Assembly (NCBI GenBank): GCA_951406725.2
Contig: OX597826.1
Location: 60,160,001-60,222,000, forward strand
Reading direction: 5' to 3'
Length of the DNA: 62,000 bases
Source of the DNA: Octopus vulgaris
Lineage: Eukaryota
In this document: positions 27,105 to 41,746 of the stretch, in pieces
Numbering within the stretch: the stretch's first letter is position 1
How the letters are laid out: each line of letters starts with the position of its first letter
Made by a program: the position numbers and the translations under genes
The notes under the pieces: model-generated
The model's input: only the letters and a program-made list of their open reading frames with translations
Databases searched by the model: none
What the model was told of the DNA's origin: nothing

Positions 27105-27216
27105 AATAATAATAACATCATTATTGTTATTATTATTATTACTACTATTATTATTATTATTATTATTATTAATAATAATAATAATAATAATAATATCATT
27201 ATTATTGTTATTGTTA

Positions 27217-27250
<34 letters not shown>

Positions 27251-27316
27251 CATTATTATTATTTTTATTATTATTATTATTACAATTATAATTATCATTA
27301 TAATTATTATTATTAA

Positions 27317-27398
<82 letters not shown>

Positions 27399-27857
27399 TC
27401 GCACGAGGACCAGACTAATACATGTGCGTGTGTCCTTATGGGTGTGTTTCTTTGTCATCGTCTGTGTATGTCTTTGTGTGCGTGCGTCAGAATTTGCGAT
27501 AAATTAGTGAGCAGGTGATCGTGTCATTTTTCAAATTTCTTAACATTAGTACTTTAATGTTTATTTATTTGCACGATTAAAATGTTTTCGTTATTCATGA
27601 ACGTTCACTCTCCCACGCATTTCTGCACTTTATAAATGATAGATTACGTACGACTACATGCAGCAGATCATTATTGGATATGGCATGAATATGTATGTGT
27701 ATATGAATGTATGTATTTATGCATGTGTATGTTAATATAAATATATTTATATATATATGTGTGTGTGTATCGTTATATCTAAATATACAGATATATATAT
27801 ACATATATATGTGTCTATCGTTATGTATATACATATATATACACACACACACAAACG

Positions 27858-27909
<52 letters not shown>

Positions 27910-28324
27910 TATATGTATATATATATATGCTAATTTATATACACACATTCATACCTTCATATATGTATATTTCTAACTATGTATGTATACATACGAACAC
28001 AAACTTTCAACTCCCGTTTAGAGTGTTCATTTTCCTTTCTATGGTCACAGTGTGCAGAATATTTTCTATTAATCTATACTCTATGTGTAGAGCAATCTTG
28101 AATACTCGTGGTTTCTCCCTGACATTTAATCTGGATATCTAATCGTTTCTAACTACTTCCTTTCTAAAACTGTCACTTTGTTATCTTCTCCGTTTTCTAT
28201 GGCTAGATCCGCAGAAAAACTCTTGCTTATGTAATTACGAGGGCAATAATACGATGATTTATCTATTCTGTGGAAAATGAGACTTTCGGTATGAGTACGC
28301 TCATTGACCTAATCACGTCCAAGT

Positions 28325-28930
28325 GCTTTTCATAGGTGTCATTGATCCTATTGCAGAGATTGAATAACATCCTGGGCATCGTGGGAATGTGTCCTTTTAG
28401 TATTTCTGTAGGGATTTCCTCAATTGCAGTAGATTTTTCTTTTGGAAATTTTGAATTGCGTCTTTTAATTCTGACTCAAATGCTGCTAGGAAGGTGGATC
28501 GTACTTCATGAGAGAAACCTCTTGGTTGTGATATTTCATTATCTTGAAATGAGTTTTTACCATATTCTTTTAATTTCCTGGCGATGCTTTGCAGAAGAGC
28601 AAACACTTTGCCAAATAAGACTTTGGTAGATGTCGCCCTCTTTTACTTGGAATATATTTGTTAAGATATTACTAATGTTGTACGTCTTTCATGTGTTATT
28701 TTGGTGTAAATGGTCTTGGACGTCAGTGTACATGCGCTCCAACTATTTGGCTTTGTTCCTTCAGCCCTCTCTTTGAACAGCTCATTTGATCTTTTTTTTA
28801 AATCTCTATCCCTGAGGTAGATCTTTCCGTTTTGATCTTTTTTCTTTGATTTATCAATTGAAGGGTGTCTTTAGATATCCAAAGTTAGTTCTGTCAAGAA
28901 ATACCTCTTCCATGAACGAAAGTTCATCAC
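28325..28930 (-). mobile_element. RTE-clade LINE ORF fragment upstream of the RT core, decayed
   Basis: Minus-strand translation across frameshifts: KIKxAVQRE...LERMYTDVQDHLHQNN...ESELKDAIQ..KEKSTAIEEIPTEILK...LFNLCNRI. Confidence 0.75.
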
Positions 28931-28998
28931 AAGAAAAGTTTGTTAAAAATAAGGATTGTTTTATTGTAGTTTTTATTTTCCATAGACATTTCTTTGTC

Positions 28999-29100
<102 letters not shown>

Positions 29101-29962
29101 GACATATACATATACATATATATACGACATATACATATATATATAAACATACACACACACACAGAGGCAGGCAGAAAACACCGTCAAACATATGTTGTAT
29201 GTAACCAATGCATATACGCGAGAGAATGTTTACTTAAATACGTAGATATTTGCTGTGTAGGCTTGCGAAATTGAGTACAATGCTATAAAATAGGTCCCAT
29301 CATAGCAACCGACATAAATGAGGAGGGAGAAAGAGAAGGGTGAAGAGGAAGAAAAAAGGAGAAAGAAAAGAAGGAAGAAGAAGATGACTTGGAAAAAAAA
29401 ATAGATAATGAATGCGCTTCCATATTAAGAAAACAACAAAATTTCAGTAAAAGGCAATAAAGAGAAAGATCAAAGTACCAAACCAGAACTAAAATCTACT
29501 AAAAACTGAAATAATATAGCAAACAGTACCATTTTGTTAGTGCATGTTCTCGCCCACACGTTCGCTTTGTCTCTCTCTTTCTCATATGGAAATATAAATA
29601 CACATACACAAACGCCCACCCACACACTCATACATTTATATTTATATACTTATGCTTAGTTGTACGTACTTATATGTATATGAATATTTGTACATCTATA
29701 TGCTTCTGCGTGCTCATATATTATATACACAGACTTATGCACATATACCATATACATATCTGTCAATATATCTGCCTATCTATGTATATATATATATGTG
29801 TGTGTGTGTGTGGCGGCGCCCATACGAATGTGTGTTCTTGTATAAATACATAGAATATATGTGCAGTAGTTCTTACATATTTATTTATTTGTATAATAAT
29901 CTATATGAGCATATATATATATGTGTGTGTGTGTGTCTGTGTGTGTGTGTGTGTATGTGTGT

Positions 29963-30032
<70 letters not shown>

Positions 30033-30301
30033 TTCTTTGTGCAATCTTTGAGAACGTTTACTTAATGTTGTAAAAATATTTTTTTTCCTCTGAATCACTT
30101 TATATACATATCTGTCTATCTTATCCGCATTATTTCTGTTTACATACAAATAAACACTCCAGAAAAACGTACATAACATACGCGTATATACAAGCAGAAT
30201 TATACACTCAATGAAATTTTCATACACATGCAGATATACACTCTGGAAGTAGACTAATCGGCAAATATTCGTAAGTATTCACTGTTACATTCTAATTAGA
30301 C

Positions 30302-30406
<105 letters not shown>

Positions 30407-30553
30407 TGTATGTATGTATGTATGTATGTATGTGTGTTCACATATATACGAACGCTTTAAAATTTCAATATGTGCATTCCTAGAGTTACAAATTCATACA
30501 AATTATATATAAGAATTAAAATACATAGAAATGTAATATTTAAGACTTGTGTG

Positions 30554-30592
<39 letters not shown>

Positions 30593-30604
30593 CTTTCTTT
30601 TTCC

Positions 30605-31010
30605 TTTTCTTTTTTACTTGTTTCAGTCATTTGACTGCGGCCATGCTAGAGCACCGCCTTTAGTCGAGCAAATTTCCCCCCGGGACTTATTCTTTGTAAG
30701 CCCAGTGCTTATTCTATCGGTCTCTTTTTGCCGAACCGCTAAGTGACGGGGACGTAAACACACCAGCATCGGTTGTCAAGCAATGCTAGGGGGACAAACA
30801 CAGACACACAAACATAACCACACATACATATATATATACATATATACGACAGGCTTCTTTCAGTTTCCGTCTACCAAATCCACTCACAAGGCATTGGTCG
30901 GCCCGGGGCTATAGCAGAAGACACTTGCCCAAGATGCCACGCAGTGGGACTGAACCCGGAACCATGTGGTTGGTTAGCAAGCTACTTACCACACAGCCAC
31001 TCCTGCGCCT
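30605..31010 (-). mobile_element. tRNA/CORE-type SINE (family A), full length, young-looking
   Basis: Minus-strand head GGCGCAGGAGTGGCTGTGTGG...GGTTCAGTCCC, GGGCAAGTGTCTT, and tail GACTGAAACAAGTAAAAAAG. Confidence 0.92.
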
Positions 31011-31256
31011 GTGTGTGTACAAAGAGTAATCTTCTTCTATAAATACACTTATACATTTGCTGCGAATGTGCATGTACGATTTATACGTGAAATTCATCAT
31101 ATCTCCTGTAAAAATATCGTACAATCAGTGAATTCGCATAGACTTTTTTTTATATATTCAAGACGCTACTCTTTCATGCAATACACATACATGCAATTTG
31201 AAGCATGCATGCTCATTCATAGATAAATATACATATATAGAAACATGCATACACAA

Positions 31257-31304
<48 letters not shown>

Positions 31305-31324
31305 ACATATATATATATATATAA

Positions 31325-31516
31325 ATGTAACCACATGTGAATCGCTGGTGATTTTCTTCCTTCGTCTTCGGTTCTTTTGGACTTTCCACTATTTCTGAAG
31401 AAGAGCTTTGCTCGAAACGTTAAAACCATCTTTCTTTCCTTCCCTGAGCGTCTTCTAACACATTACGTGTACCACGATCACGGGTTGCTGTTCCTTTTCA
31501 TGTCAATTCTTCTTTT

Positions 31517-31520
<4 letters not shown>
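31325..31520 (+). mobile_element. (TA)n-embedded element with canonical-core minimal hammerhead motif (family H2)
   Basis: 31392-31424: TTT-CTGAAGA-A-GAGC(TTT)GCTC-GAAA-CGTT-AAA. CCTGAGCG at 31443-31450. (TA)n on both sides. Confidence 0.75.
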
Positions 31521-31600
<80 letters not shown>

Positions 31601-31669
31601 GCGTATTTAAGTGTATATAAACTGAGAAAGGTTTATTTATATATATATATATATATACATATAGTGAGA

Positions 31670-31830
31670 ATTTATAGAAAGAAACAAAAGATGAAGACGG
31701 GTGTGTAAACAACGAACAAATGTCTTTGTTTAACGCTCGGTGAGAAAATCTTTTACGTTCCTAGCCTGCGCTCTTCGACAGAAAGAAACAGAATTAAACA
31801 GGGAGAGAAAATAAACATAAATGTTTAGTG
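31670..31830 (-). mobile_element. Family H1 hammerhead-motif element, decayed
   Basis: Minus strand 31786-31749: TCTTT-CTGTCGA-A-GAGC(GCAG)GCTA-GGAA-CGTA-AAAGA. The body matches the H1 3' part. Confidence 0.65.
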
Positions 31831-31844
31831 GCTAGGGATTTATC

Positions 31845-32090
31845 ATGCCAAATGCCAGACATAGGGATCACACAGGAGAGCAACGAAGAAGGGGAACTTA
31901 TAAAGTAGTGGTGATCCCAAAACTACAAGATGCAGGAGGAAAGCATGAGAAAAAGTTATGGCGAGAGAGTCAGCAGAAGTTTGTCATTACCTTCTGCCAG
32001 TGCCGCGTGGCGCTTAAGTGTTTCGCCCATAAAACCGAGATCCTTCGACCGCGAGTCTGCTGCTCTAACCATTAGGCCATGTGCCTCCAC
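31845..32090 (-). mobile_element. tRNA SINE (family D)
   Basis: Minus-strand head GGAGGCACATGGCCTAATGGTTAGAGC. Body GGCGAGAGAGTCAGCAGAAGTT..CATTACCTTCTGCC is shared with 55050-55318. Confidence 0.8.
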
Positions 32091-32200
32091 TATTAAAAAT
32101 GTATACATAATTGAATATCAATTGTCGTGATTAATAATAATTTCACGTATATTTCATCTAATGTCTCTTATTTTATCTAATGTCTTTTATTCACCACTCA

Positions 32201-32238
<38 letters not shown>

Positions 32239-32396
32239 TATATATTTCAAAGGAGCACCAGGCCTATCAACTACTTTAATTCGTAGAATAGCTTTACGTC
32301 ATGTTTTTCTAAAAAGATGTTCTATTTGGCCGCCAAGGGAACCATCAAGGAACAGGCGACTTTGGTAATTTTTGTTGTCATACCAAGTGTTGAACT

Positions 32397-32447
<51 letters not shown>

Positions 32448-32719
32448 GTTTTTGGAGTTGGCTTCCAAGATTCTTTATTTGAATTCGTGTGTTGAAGCAT
32501 CTTCTATTGTATATGGGGAGAGTCATTTTCTTTTTGTGCCTTATAATGTAACACACTCACCGGTAAAATTTCCACTTATTTCATATTTTTATTCTCCTGA
32601 AATTTTCGTTGCCTCTTGCGACCTTTTCAATATATATCTATATATGCGTGTGTGTGTGTGTATGTATGTATTTATAGATGTATGTGTGTATGCGTGTATA
32701 TGCATATATCTGTATGTAA

Positions 32720-32766
<47 letters not shown>

Positions 32767-33289
32767 GATTTGTGTATACATTCATACACATACATATTAT
32801 ATGTAATACGACGTGTGATATACATATATGTAATACGTGTTTGTGTGTGTATATTCTGTTAAGAGACCTTAGCAATCCTTAAATGATTATAACATACGCA
32901 ACTCTCACAACTGTTTAACAAGGTACTCCACAACGTCGCAGATCTTTAATCAAAGACAATGCGAAGGGTAGATGTCGGCCAAAGCCTAGCCCCAATATAT
33001 ATAATAGCATGCTCTGATATCGTTTTTGTCATATATTTTACTATTCTATATCTGTTGATATTCATTGCTTTCTTCCAAAAGAAAATCTTTTATTGCAACC
33101 ATATGTTTATCTTTGTTCCCTTGTCTTTTTTTTTTAAACTATACACTTTGTTTATTTCTTTTTTCTTCGAGATTGTTTTCTTCAAGTACATTTGGCAAAA
33201 CTCTTGAGCTCCACCATTTTTTGTTTATGTTATATTGTTCCTGTATATGTGTGTATGTGCCCTGGTGGCAAAATGAAAGAAAATGTTGG

Positions 33290-34150
<861 letters not shown>

Positions 34151-34588
34151 ATAATAATACGATGGCCAACATAATACCGACTATTGTTTTTTGTATCATA
34201 TTCTTTATATTTTACATTATCATCATCATCATCATCATCGTTATATTCATCATCTTCATCCTACACCTCTTCCTTATCATCATCATCACCTTCATCCCAC
34301 AAAAATACATGTTTCCCATGAAAGTCAGTACGATTGTTAGCTCACACGGACAGGGCAAATAAAAAATAACAAATACAGATTATTTTGGGACAATTGTTTC
34401 GCTATTAATGAATTAAATGTAATTTTACTTACAATAAAATCCACTTGTAGCTCTTCAGCCAAAACTATCTGGATGAAACAACCAGATACACGCACATGCA
34501 ATTTAATGCGTATGTATCTCTGGCACTATGTATCTATCTATACGAACGCACATAGATCATTATAAAGATAGAATGACAGATAGATAGT

Positions 34589-34631
<43 letters not shown>

Positions 34632-34670
34632 GTGGCTATATATATATATGTGTGTGTATATATATACAAC

Positions 34671-34730
<60 letters not shown>

Positions 34731-34751
34731 CATGTATATATGTATATACAT

Positions 34752-34890
34752 GTGCAGGATCATGGTTCAGTGGTTAGAGCGTCGAGCTTACGATCGTGAG
34801 GTTGTGAGTTCGATTCCCGGACCGGGCTTGTGCCTCGGAGGGTAAATTTCTAGGTGCAATCCCATGGTTATTCATGACCGAAGGGGGTCT
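34752..34890 (+). mobile_element. Family C SINE with a large internal deletion (head joined to tail)
   Basis: Head TGGTTCAGTGGTTAGAGCG...GAGTTCGATTCCC is joined directly to tail CTAGGTGCAATCCCAT...GACCGAAGGGGGTCTC; compare 18601-18903. Confidence 0.8.
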
Positions 34891-34895
34891 CCCAT

Positions 34896-34934
<39 letters not shown>

Positions 34935-35050
34935 TATATATACATATATACATATATATTTATATGTGTATAATACATATAGATACATGCACCAGAGAAA
35001 TGCAGATAAAGGAAGATAAAGAGACAGACAGACAGATAGATTGAGTGATT

Positions 35051-35095
<45 letters not shown>

Positions 35096-36036
35096 AAAAG
35101 ATAGATAGACAGATTTCTGTTTAGGAATTTATTACAAGCATCGCACCACTAATGGACATAAATACCAAGGATGTTTTAACATGCGTAAAGTTGATGCTAT
35201 TTATTCATAACCTAGACAACATATATTTTGCATTCCAGTAATGCAATGCATCTACTAACTTCTTATGCGTTGCACTCAGCTTCAGTTGCAAAATATATCT
35301 ACTCGTTCCGAAACATGATCCAACCTATTCAATACTGTTGCTTCAAGGTCATAATATGTTGTAACGTACCATAATATGATATAACTTTGTTCATCTGGTG
35401 ATGATATACGGGACTTACAGCCGATGGAATGAAGTAAATATTTATTTATCAAATATAGTCCTTCAGGCCCAATGTTAGTACAAGCTACCCATACAGTTTT
35501 AACTGGAGACTAAACAGAGAATTCACATGCCACATTTTCAACAAGACGTTTAATAATTCAATACCGGTTTAATAATTCAATGCCGGTTTTGTTACTACCA
35601 GTGACAGACAATAATGCAACATCTAGCTGTGGTTCTTATAAAGAAAACTGGACTTACAAACATTTCCTCTAACAAAAATCCTTTTAAGTTACTAAATGAG
35701 AACAGCATTCTATAATATTTACTAGAATATTTGAATTTTATAACAAACTCATATTTGCCCAAAATACAATTCCAGAATTTATCCCATACATTAGCCAACA
35801 AATAGTCGGTGTGACATATTAATTACACTCATTGAATTACTAAATCTAGTAGGTACTTTTCTTTTCGAAGCATTATACAACTTACTATGCATTATTATGT
35901 CTTCCACTGCCTCACATGTACTTCCCTCTTGCGTCCGAAACTAATAAGATCCCCTCACCACATTCATACGTACATACATACATACATACTGGAGTACTAG
36001 GTTTTTTTAGAAAATGCTTAAAGTCAGTTGGTACTA

Positions 36037-36070
36037 CTAGTGGCTAGGGGCGAGTAGTACGCTCCCTAGC
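36037..36070 (-). mobile_element. Helitron-type 3' terminus (hairpin plus CTAG|T)
   Basis: Hairpin GCTAGGGGCG/CGCTCCCTAGC at 36043-36070, followed on the minus strand by CACTAG then T. The 5' end was not located. Confidence 0.5.
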
Positions 36071-36201
36071 TCAAAGTGTATTTCAGACACAGATCGTGTG
36101 TCCATAACCAGCTGGAAATGCTCTTTTACTGGTGTTAAAAGGTAGTAACATGTTTCTACGTAGGACTGCCAACTTACGTTTGCAAATTCATATTGTATAT
36201 G

Positions 36202-36236
<35 letters not shown>

Positions 36237-36255
36237 TTGTGTGCATACACACAAA

Positions 36256-36301
<46 letters not shown>

Positions 36302-37191
36302 GATAGATAGATAGATAGATAAGTGTATATATATATATATATATACATACACTCATGCATACACTCATGCATACACTTACGTAAACCCGAATATTCCAGG
36401 TGTTATTTAGTTAGGCTTGTCCCGAACCGATATGGGCCGAAATATATCTAAGTATCTTAGGAAGTGTTCTATGTACCCTCATATATAAGCGTGTATGTAC
36501 AGAGATAGAAATATAAAGAGGCAGATATGTAGGTTTTCACATAAATTGACAGATATATGCATATCTGTTACATCTTTCACTTCAGGAATCAATATGCCAC
36601 AACTTTGTTTTGAAACCTTTAGGCATAATTCAAGATATATTTATTGAATATTAAAGTTACAGCTAATTAGTGAGTTTCTGTGTACTTCCATTAATGCTCT
36701 GCAAACAATAAAGTACTTCATTAAAAATCTTGGATCGGGAGAAACATACTTGGTAATGTGTAGCAATTATTTAAAGTACATACGTATTTCATTAGTAGCG
36801 AAGGAAACAGTGTGAATATCTGAAGGTAGTCTTTATATCCAACGTGGCATGGATGCTTGTTATAACATTGAGTTATTAAACTTGAAAGATTATCCAGTAT
36901 AGGCGATTGGTGCAGAAAATTGTAAACGTAGATTATAGTAGATGAGAAACATGACATAGGCATCGTAACTCCGCCACCTCATTTCGCATGATTTCACAGA
37001 CATATGTGTGTGTATATGAGTATCTTGGTGTAGGGTCGCGCTCACAACACGCACACACATACGCACACATGCACACATATGTGCTAGCAGCTGACCGTTT
37101 GTATGCACCTGTATATGAGCAATTAGATAATGATTAAAAGTACTAAAGACAGAATTATATTCTGTAAAACAGAGACGGATAGTAAACTATG

Positions 37192-37246
<55 letters not shown>

Positions 37247-37267
37247 ATGTACGTATGTATATACACC

Positions 37268-37321
<54 letters not shown>

Positions 37322-37367
37322 TACATATATACATACATATATATATAAATATATATAGACATATATT

Positions 37368-37405
<38 letters not shown>

Positions 37406-38338
37406 TATACATACATATATATGTGTGTGTGTGTGTGCATGTAATTATGTGTGTATATATGTATATGTATGTATGATATGACTATAACTTGCAACTGACT
37501 ATAAACCAAAGATGGATAAAAGAACTCTCATTCAGTTCATATTTGACCATTTAAGAGTGCAATAAACTTTGGTTTATGGCTTGGAAATTAGTGCTATAAC
37601 TAGGTGGATTTTGAAGGCAGTAAATCATTCTTGTATAAATATTTGTATTACGAACAGATGTGAGTTACAAAAGAGAAGGTATGTTTAATTATCACTTGTA
37701 TATAGATAGAAGAATTGTATGTCTCTCTCTTTGTCTCTCTCTCTCTCTCTCTCTTCTTTCAGTCTCTGCATACACACACGCGCGCGCGCCTATGTATATA
37801 TATATATATATAACAATGGATGGGTGGTGTATGTCTGTCTACCGGATTTACTACTGAAAGCTACTTCGTGTGTAAAATTTCCCGACGAATACAATAGAAG
37901 TGTTCCCGAGTCTCTAGCCGTTCTCTGAAGGGAGCTATTTGATCTTTTGCAAAATGTACAAAAAAGCATTTAAAAAATAAATGAAGATTGATAATTTTTT
38001 TGCCACTTCCAAATTAACAATAAATATATTTAGGGCCTTATTTGTCCCCCCCCTATTGCGTGTTAGGTTCATCTGGGACTTTCGACATGAAAGATCCATT
38101 TTCGTTATGAAAACACCTACATCCACTTTGTGTAGGCCCCTCAGGCTCTTTGGAGAATATTATAAAGCTGTGGGCCCTTGCAACTCAGGCTGTTGCAGTA
38201 ACTGTACAATATTCGAAATTCGAAGCTGCATATTTGTTACAATGTATTTGTAACGTATTATTGAAGATACTGATAGGTTTTTGTCAGAGATGGAAGGCAC
38301 ATCGAGGAGATTTCGATATTTCAACAATTATTATAATA

Positions 38339-38370
38339 CTAGCAGAGATTCCCGGAGTTGCTCGGAATTA
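38339..38370 (-). mobile_element. Helitron 3' terminus related to the 6210-6578 element
   Basis: A|CTAGCAGAGATTCCCGGAGTTGCTCGGAA vs A|CTAGCAGTATCGCCCGGCGTTGCTCGGG. Confidence 0.6.
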
Positions 38371-39148
38371 TGTACAGATAACTGGAGGTTAAGTTGAAAA
38401 CAACATCCTAAAATATGTGGAATATACTTCCGTTGAAAGATGTTTTATGTGTGCCTGAACTATTGGCATCTCAACGTCAGCATATAACTTGAAACGAAAA
38501 TGAATAGTAAATATAGAAACTTTTGAAGCATCTTACGACACCTGATGAAACGTTGCATTTAGTGTCATTACATTGTTCTCCATCAACTACGATACAGTGC
38601 AGAATGATGGCGAAACGATTACTGTGTTAATAAATGCATCTAATTACACTCCGTCTTCCATATTAATCATATAAAATATACTCTACGTGCACCTCAGAAT
38701 TCCGGACGTAGATCCGACGAAGAACGCACAGTATCGCCCATGACACCTGGTAACCATAAGTGGTGAATGTGCTCTGCAGGCACACTACCTAAGACTTACT
38801 CTGAAACAATGTTGGATACTGAATTTAGTACCTAATTTCTAAACTTAACATACAGATACGCACATATGCATATATGTAAGTATGTAATTATGCGTGAACA
38901 ATCTCAAGATTAATCCGCCGAAATTGCGAGGATGATACGGTTCTTGACTGAAGATAAAAGGCTTCGAATGACCCGTCCGTGCTTTTTTTTTGTATTGTCT
39001 ATCTGGATGTTTTTTTGTCCCATTTTGTATCTCCTAGTTGTCCGGAGATTTTGTGTTCTTGCCCCATTTTGTATTTTATTTTATGTATATATATATATAT
39101 ATATATATAGCAGCGTACGTACACTTTGTTCTCTTATATGTATGTATG

Positions 39149-39182
<34 letters not shown>

Positions 39183-39377
39183 TGCATGCGTGTATATGCG
39201 TGAAATCACTTGCATACATGTATACATGGACATGATATCACATAATGATGGTCGATTAATATTTTCAATATCCTAAGTTATTTGCAATAAATGTGGTTGC
39301 TCCAATCTTAGTTAACCGCGCTTAAAATGTGTACCATAAGTATGAAAACCCTTAAACCCCTGCGTATATATATATAT

Positions 39378-39542
39378 ATTTTCTCTCCTTCTTTCTGTGT
39401 TTTTCTCTCTCTGTGTATCTTTCTGTTGAAGAGCGTAGGCTCGAAACGTTAAAGACTTGTTTTATTTATATTTCCTGAGCGCCATACTAATACAATTGTT
39501 CGTTTGTTTTCCACCTGTCTTCGTCTTTTGTTTATTTTCATA
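39378..39542 (+). mobile_element. Family H1 hammerhead-motif element in (TA)n
   Basis: 39418-39455: TCTTT-CTGTTGA-A-GAGC(GTAG)GCTC-GAAA-CGTT-AAAGA. Nearly identical to ~5410-5575. Confidence 0.75.
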
Positions 39543-39543
39543 A

Positions 39544-39584
<41 letters not shown>

Positions 39585-40099
39585 TACATATATACATATA
39601 TACATATATACATATATACATATATATACACACACACACACATATATATATATACATATATATGAGTGTGTGTGGGTGCGTGTGTATTGTGTATATCTAT
39701 ATGTGTAGGTGTACAAGTGAGTATATACCTTCATTAAGACAGAGAGAGGGGGAAAGAGAGAGCGAAAACTCAAGAACTACGGATCTACTTCCAAACTATC
39801 AAAATTCCATTGTGAAGAGAATGTCTCATGAGATACGTTAGAAAGGCCTCGTCAGGAGAATGGTTATACAGTTACAGAGAAAATAGTCGTTTTGGGTTGT
39901 TTTTTTTTTTAAATTGAAAATACCAAAGTCATATTAGCCTCGTGTTGACAAGAAAACGATTGGATTTTTGATAGAAACTCTAAGAATCTAAAGATTGACA
40001 TGCCATTGGGAATAACCGATATATAAGACTAACAGGCTTATATGTGTGTATTTAGCGCATAGACACATACATGCAGACATACAACCACACGCACATATG

Positions 40100-40181
<82 letters not shown>

Positions 40182-40315
40182 TATATACATATACATATAT
40201 ATATATATATGTACATGTAATCAAATACACATATATTTATAGATATATATGTGTATGTACATATATAATATATATCTATCTCTCTTTCTATTTATCAATC
40301 AGTCAATCACTAAAT

Positions 40316-40368
<53 letters not shown>

Positions 40369-40390
40369 TATATATATGTATATACATAAT

Positions 40391-41138
40391 CAAAACATTC
40401 AAACACTGAGATTTGAAATCAGATGTCAGTACTGTTCATATAACCTGTGGATTAATTTTAAAATTGATATCACCAGCCGTGACATAGGTGGATCGCAGGC
40501 GCAATAGCATTACATAGCTATGAATTATAACATTTGTACGAAGCGTAATGATGCTTAACAAGCATCCACCTGCTAGAAATGAGAGCTAAAGTCGTTAAAT
40601 TTATCCACTGTACCGCACCAAGATAATAGAGAAAAATCAGTATACGAGGAAAACAGAAAGAATTAAGACATTTAACAGCACAAAATAAAAATATTTTGGA
40701 ATTAGGGATATCCAGAAACCAGGATTCGGCTTTTGGTTATTTAAAGACTGAGCCTCATCAGGGTGGCCTACCGGGTAATAATCCATAACTCTTTAGTTAA
40801 ACTCTGACTGTGCAACTGGTTTTGATTTGTACCAAAACCAGAGCACATGGTGCATAAAAATTTATAAGCAAAACATTCAAACACTGAGATTTGAAATCAG
40901 ATGTCAGTACTGTTCATATAACCTGTGGATTAATTTTAAAATTGATATCACCAGCCGTGACATAGGTGGATCGCAGGCGCAATAGCATTACATAGCTATG
41001 AATTATAACATTTGTACGAAGCGTAATGATGCTTAACAAGCATCCACCTGCTAGAAATGAGAGCTAAAGTCGTTAAATTTATCCACTGTACCGCACCAAG
41101 ATAATAGAGAAAAATCAGTATACGAGGAAAACAGAAAG

Positions 41139-41140
<2 letters not shown>
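40391..41140. repeat. Identical 272-bp direct repeats with a 206-bp spacer (478-bp unit, about 1.6 copies), between (TA)n tracts
   Basis: 40391-40662 and 40869-41140 match base for base. Confidence 0.92.
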
Positions 41141-41221
<81 letters not shown>

Positions 41222-41695
41222 AGAGAGACTGTATACGTACATTCGTACGTATACGCATATGTACATTTTTATGTATTTGTGTGAGTGTATATGAATGTCT
41301 GTGCGCTTGTGTGAATGTTCAGTAAAAAATATATTATTCTTTAACTAGAATATTATTACATTATTAAGAATAACTTCGATGTTTCTCCTTGCGTAGGTCA
41401 ACATCAGACTGTGATAAATTTGAATACGTCTTGCCTTCACATTCTCACGTTTAAAATAAAATGTTCTAGTGCGGAGGAGATCTGGTGAGTGATAATTAAG
41501 TAGTAGGCTAAATTGTTACTGAGAAGTGTAATTGAATCCATTCGATGATATAATTTGGACCAAGGATGTTGATCTTCGTAATCATGCGTATCTGTGCGTG
41601 TCAGCTGACGCATTTAAACATTGAAACAGAACAGTGACGGTTTAACTGCCTGAAACATTGAAGTCACTGCATACACTGTTCTTCGGGAATTTTAC

Positions 41696-41746
<51 letters not shown>

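Noticed and set aside
26637-27518. 293-aa plus-strand ORF, the longest in the track
   Set aside because: It is the antisense of the R4/Dong fragment plus triplet microsatellite.
34755-34825. tRNA-like sequences here and at 18830-18903, 32040-32090 and 30940-31010
   Set aside because: A and B boxes are present, but there is no proper acceptor stem or cloverleaf and each continues into a SINE body. These are SINE heads, not tRNA genes.
36790-36900. Peptide EGSLYIQRGMDACYNIE resembling a papain-family C-terminus
   Set aside because: It lacks the NSWG motif, has stops on both sides, and the similarity is within chance.
40391-41140. CRISPR-like or LTR-retrotransposon reading of the direct repeats
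   Set aside because: Only two long repeats in a eukaryotic context, with no TG...CA ends, PBS, PPT or internal ORF.
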